Shown here piece by piece: positions 63,412 to 64,000 of a stretch of DNA of 64,000 nucleotides. The stretch spans positions 699,362-763,361 of the forward strand of contig NMRA01000040.1 in assembly GCA_002633005.1 (NCBI GenBank), written 5' to 3'. Below the pieces are notes generated by a model. It searched no databases, was not told the DNA's origin, and saw only the letters and a program-made list of their open reading frames with translations. Each line of letters opens with the position of its first letter. Position 1 is the first letter of the stretch. Source of the stretch: Phoronis australis (Eukaryota; Animalia; Phoronida). The position numbers were made by a program, and so were the translations under genes.

Positions 63412-64000
63412 CCCAAGTAGAGCTAAGTGAGCAGTAGTCCCTCAAAGTTTGGTATTGGAAGTATGGGCACTAGTCAGTTACAGTGGTCCTGGATTTTGAG
63501 AACCAGTTTAGTGCCTGTTGTTCAGTGCATAAAACTGGTTCTCAAAATGCGGGACCCTGTTGGTGACAATTACGGTACTGAAATGTTCAACAAGCAGTCT
63601 GCTTACCGCACTATGTAGTTATAACATTAACCACCCATTTTAGTTTTGAGCATGGATAACCAAGCCTTCTAGTCAAATTTCCAAGTTATGCTTGACTTAA
63701 GGGGCTTTAAATCCTACCTGCTTACTGCTGAAACATGGAATAGGTTATCAACTTGATCCAACAAGTGATAAATTTTCTAGACGTGATGTTGCTTTCTGGC
63801 TTCCAAAGTAATTAGATGGTCTGCTGCTAAGGGTTGACAATCCTGTCAAAACTGGTGGTCCTTTTTACACTTCTCTTTATTCCCAGTGTCCTGAATGGTG
63901 TGTTTGGAGATTTAAATGATTCGTGTATTGAAAAACCCAACGTTTCGTGCAATTGAGTATTCTGGTAGTTTTTAAATTAGTAACTGGGCGGGATCGAAAT

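Overview
AT-rich, intron-containing genomic DNA from a bilaterian animal. It is probably an invertebrate deuterostome-like genome, but the species cannot be determined from sequence alone. In order, the window holds: (1) the last coding exon (ZF4-ZF5 plus C-terminus) and 3' UTR of a Zic gene; (2) about 35 kb with no recognisable protein gene, containing a tRNA-Thr/tRNA-Lys cluster with three intact genes and a decaying tandem Thr-Lys array; (3) a complete 6-coding-exon DNAAF6/PIH1D3 gene (+); (4) a 3-exon TIMM10B/Tim9-like gene (-); and (5) an arfaptin gene (+, 5 coding exons) lying head-to-head with TIMM10B. I assembled the exon chains by hand with GT-AG sites and consistent phases. Repeats include non-autonomous TIR elements, a tRNA-derived SINE family, LINE 3' fragments, microsatellites and two assembly gaps. 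The most striking unexplained structure is a ~337-bp near-perfect hairpin downstream of the arfaptin stop. It resolves into an inverted pair of Penelope-like pLTR ends with a GIY-YIG C-terminal remnant, a hammerhead-like motif in each arm, a 33-nt tail and a 12-bp target duplication. I found no novel protein-coding system; most listed ORFs are spurious.
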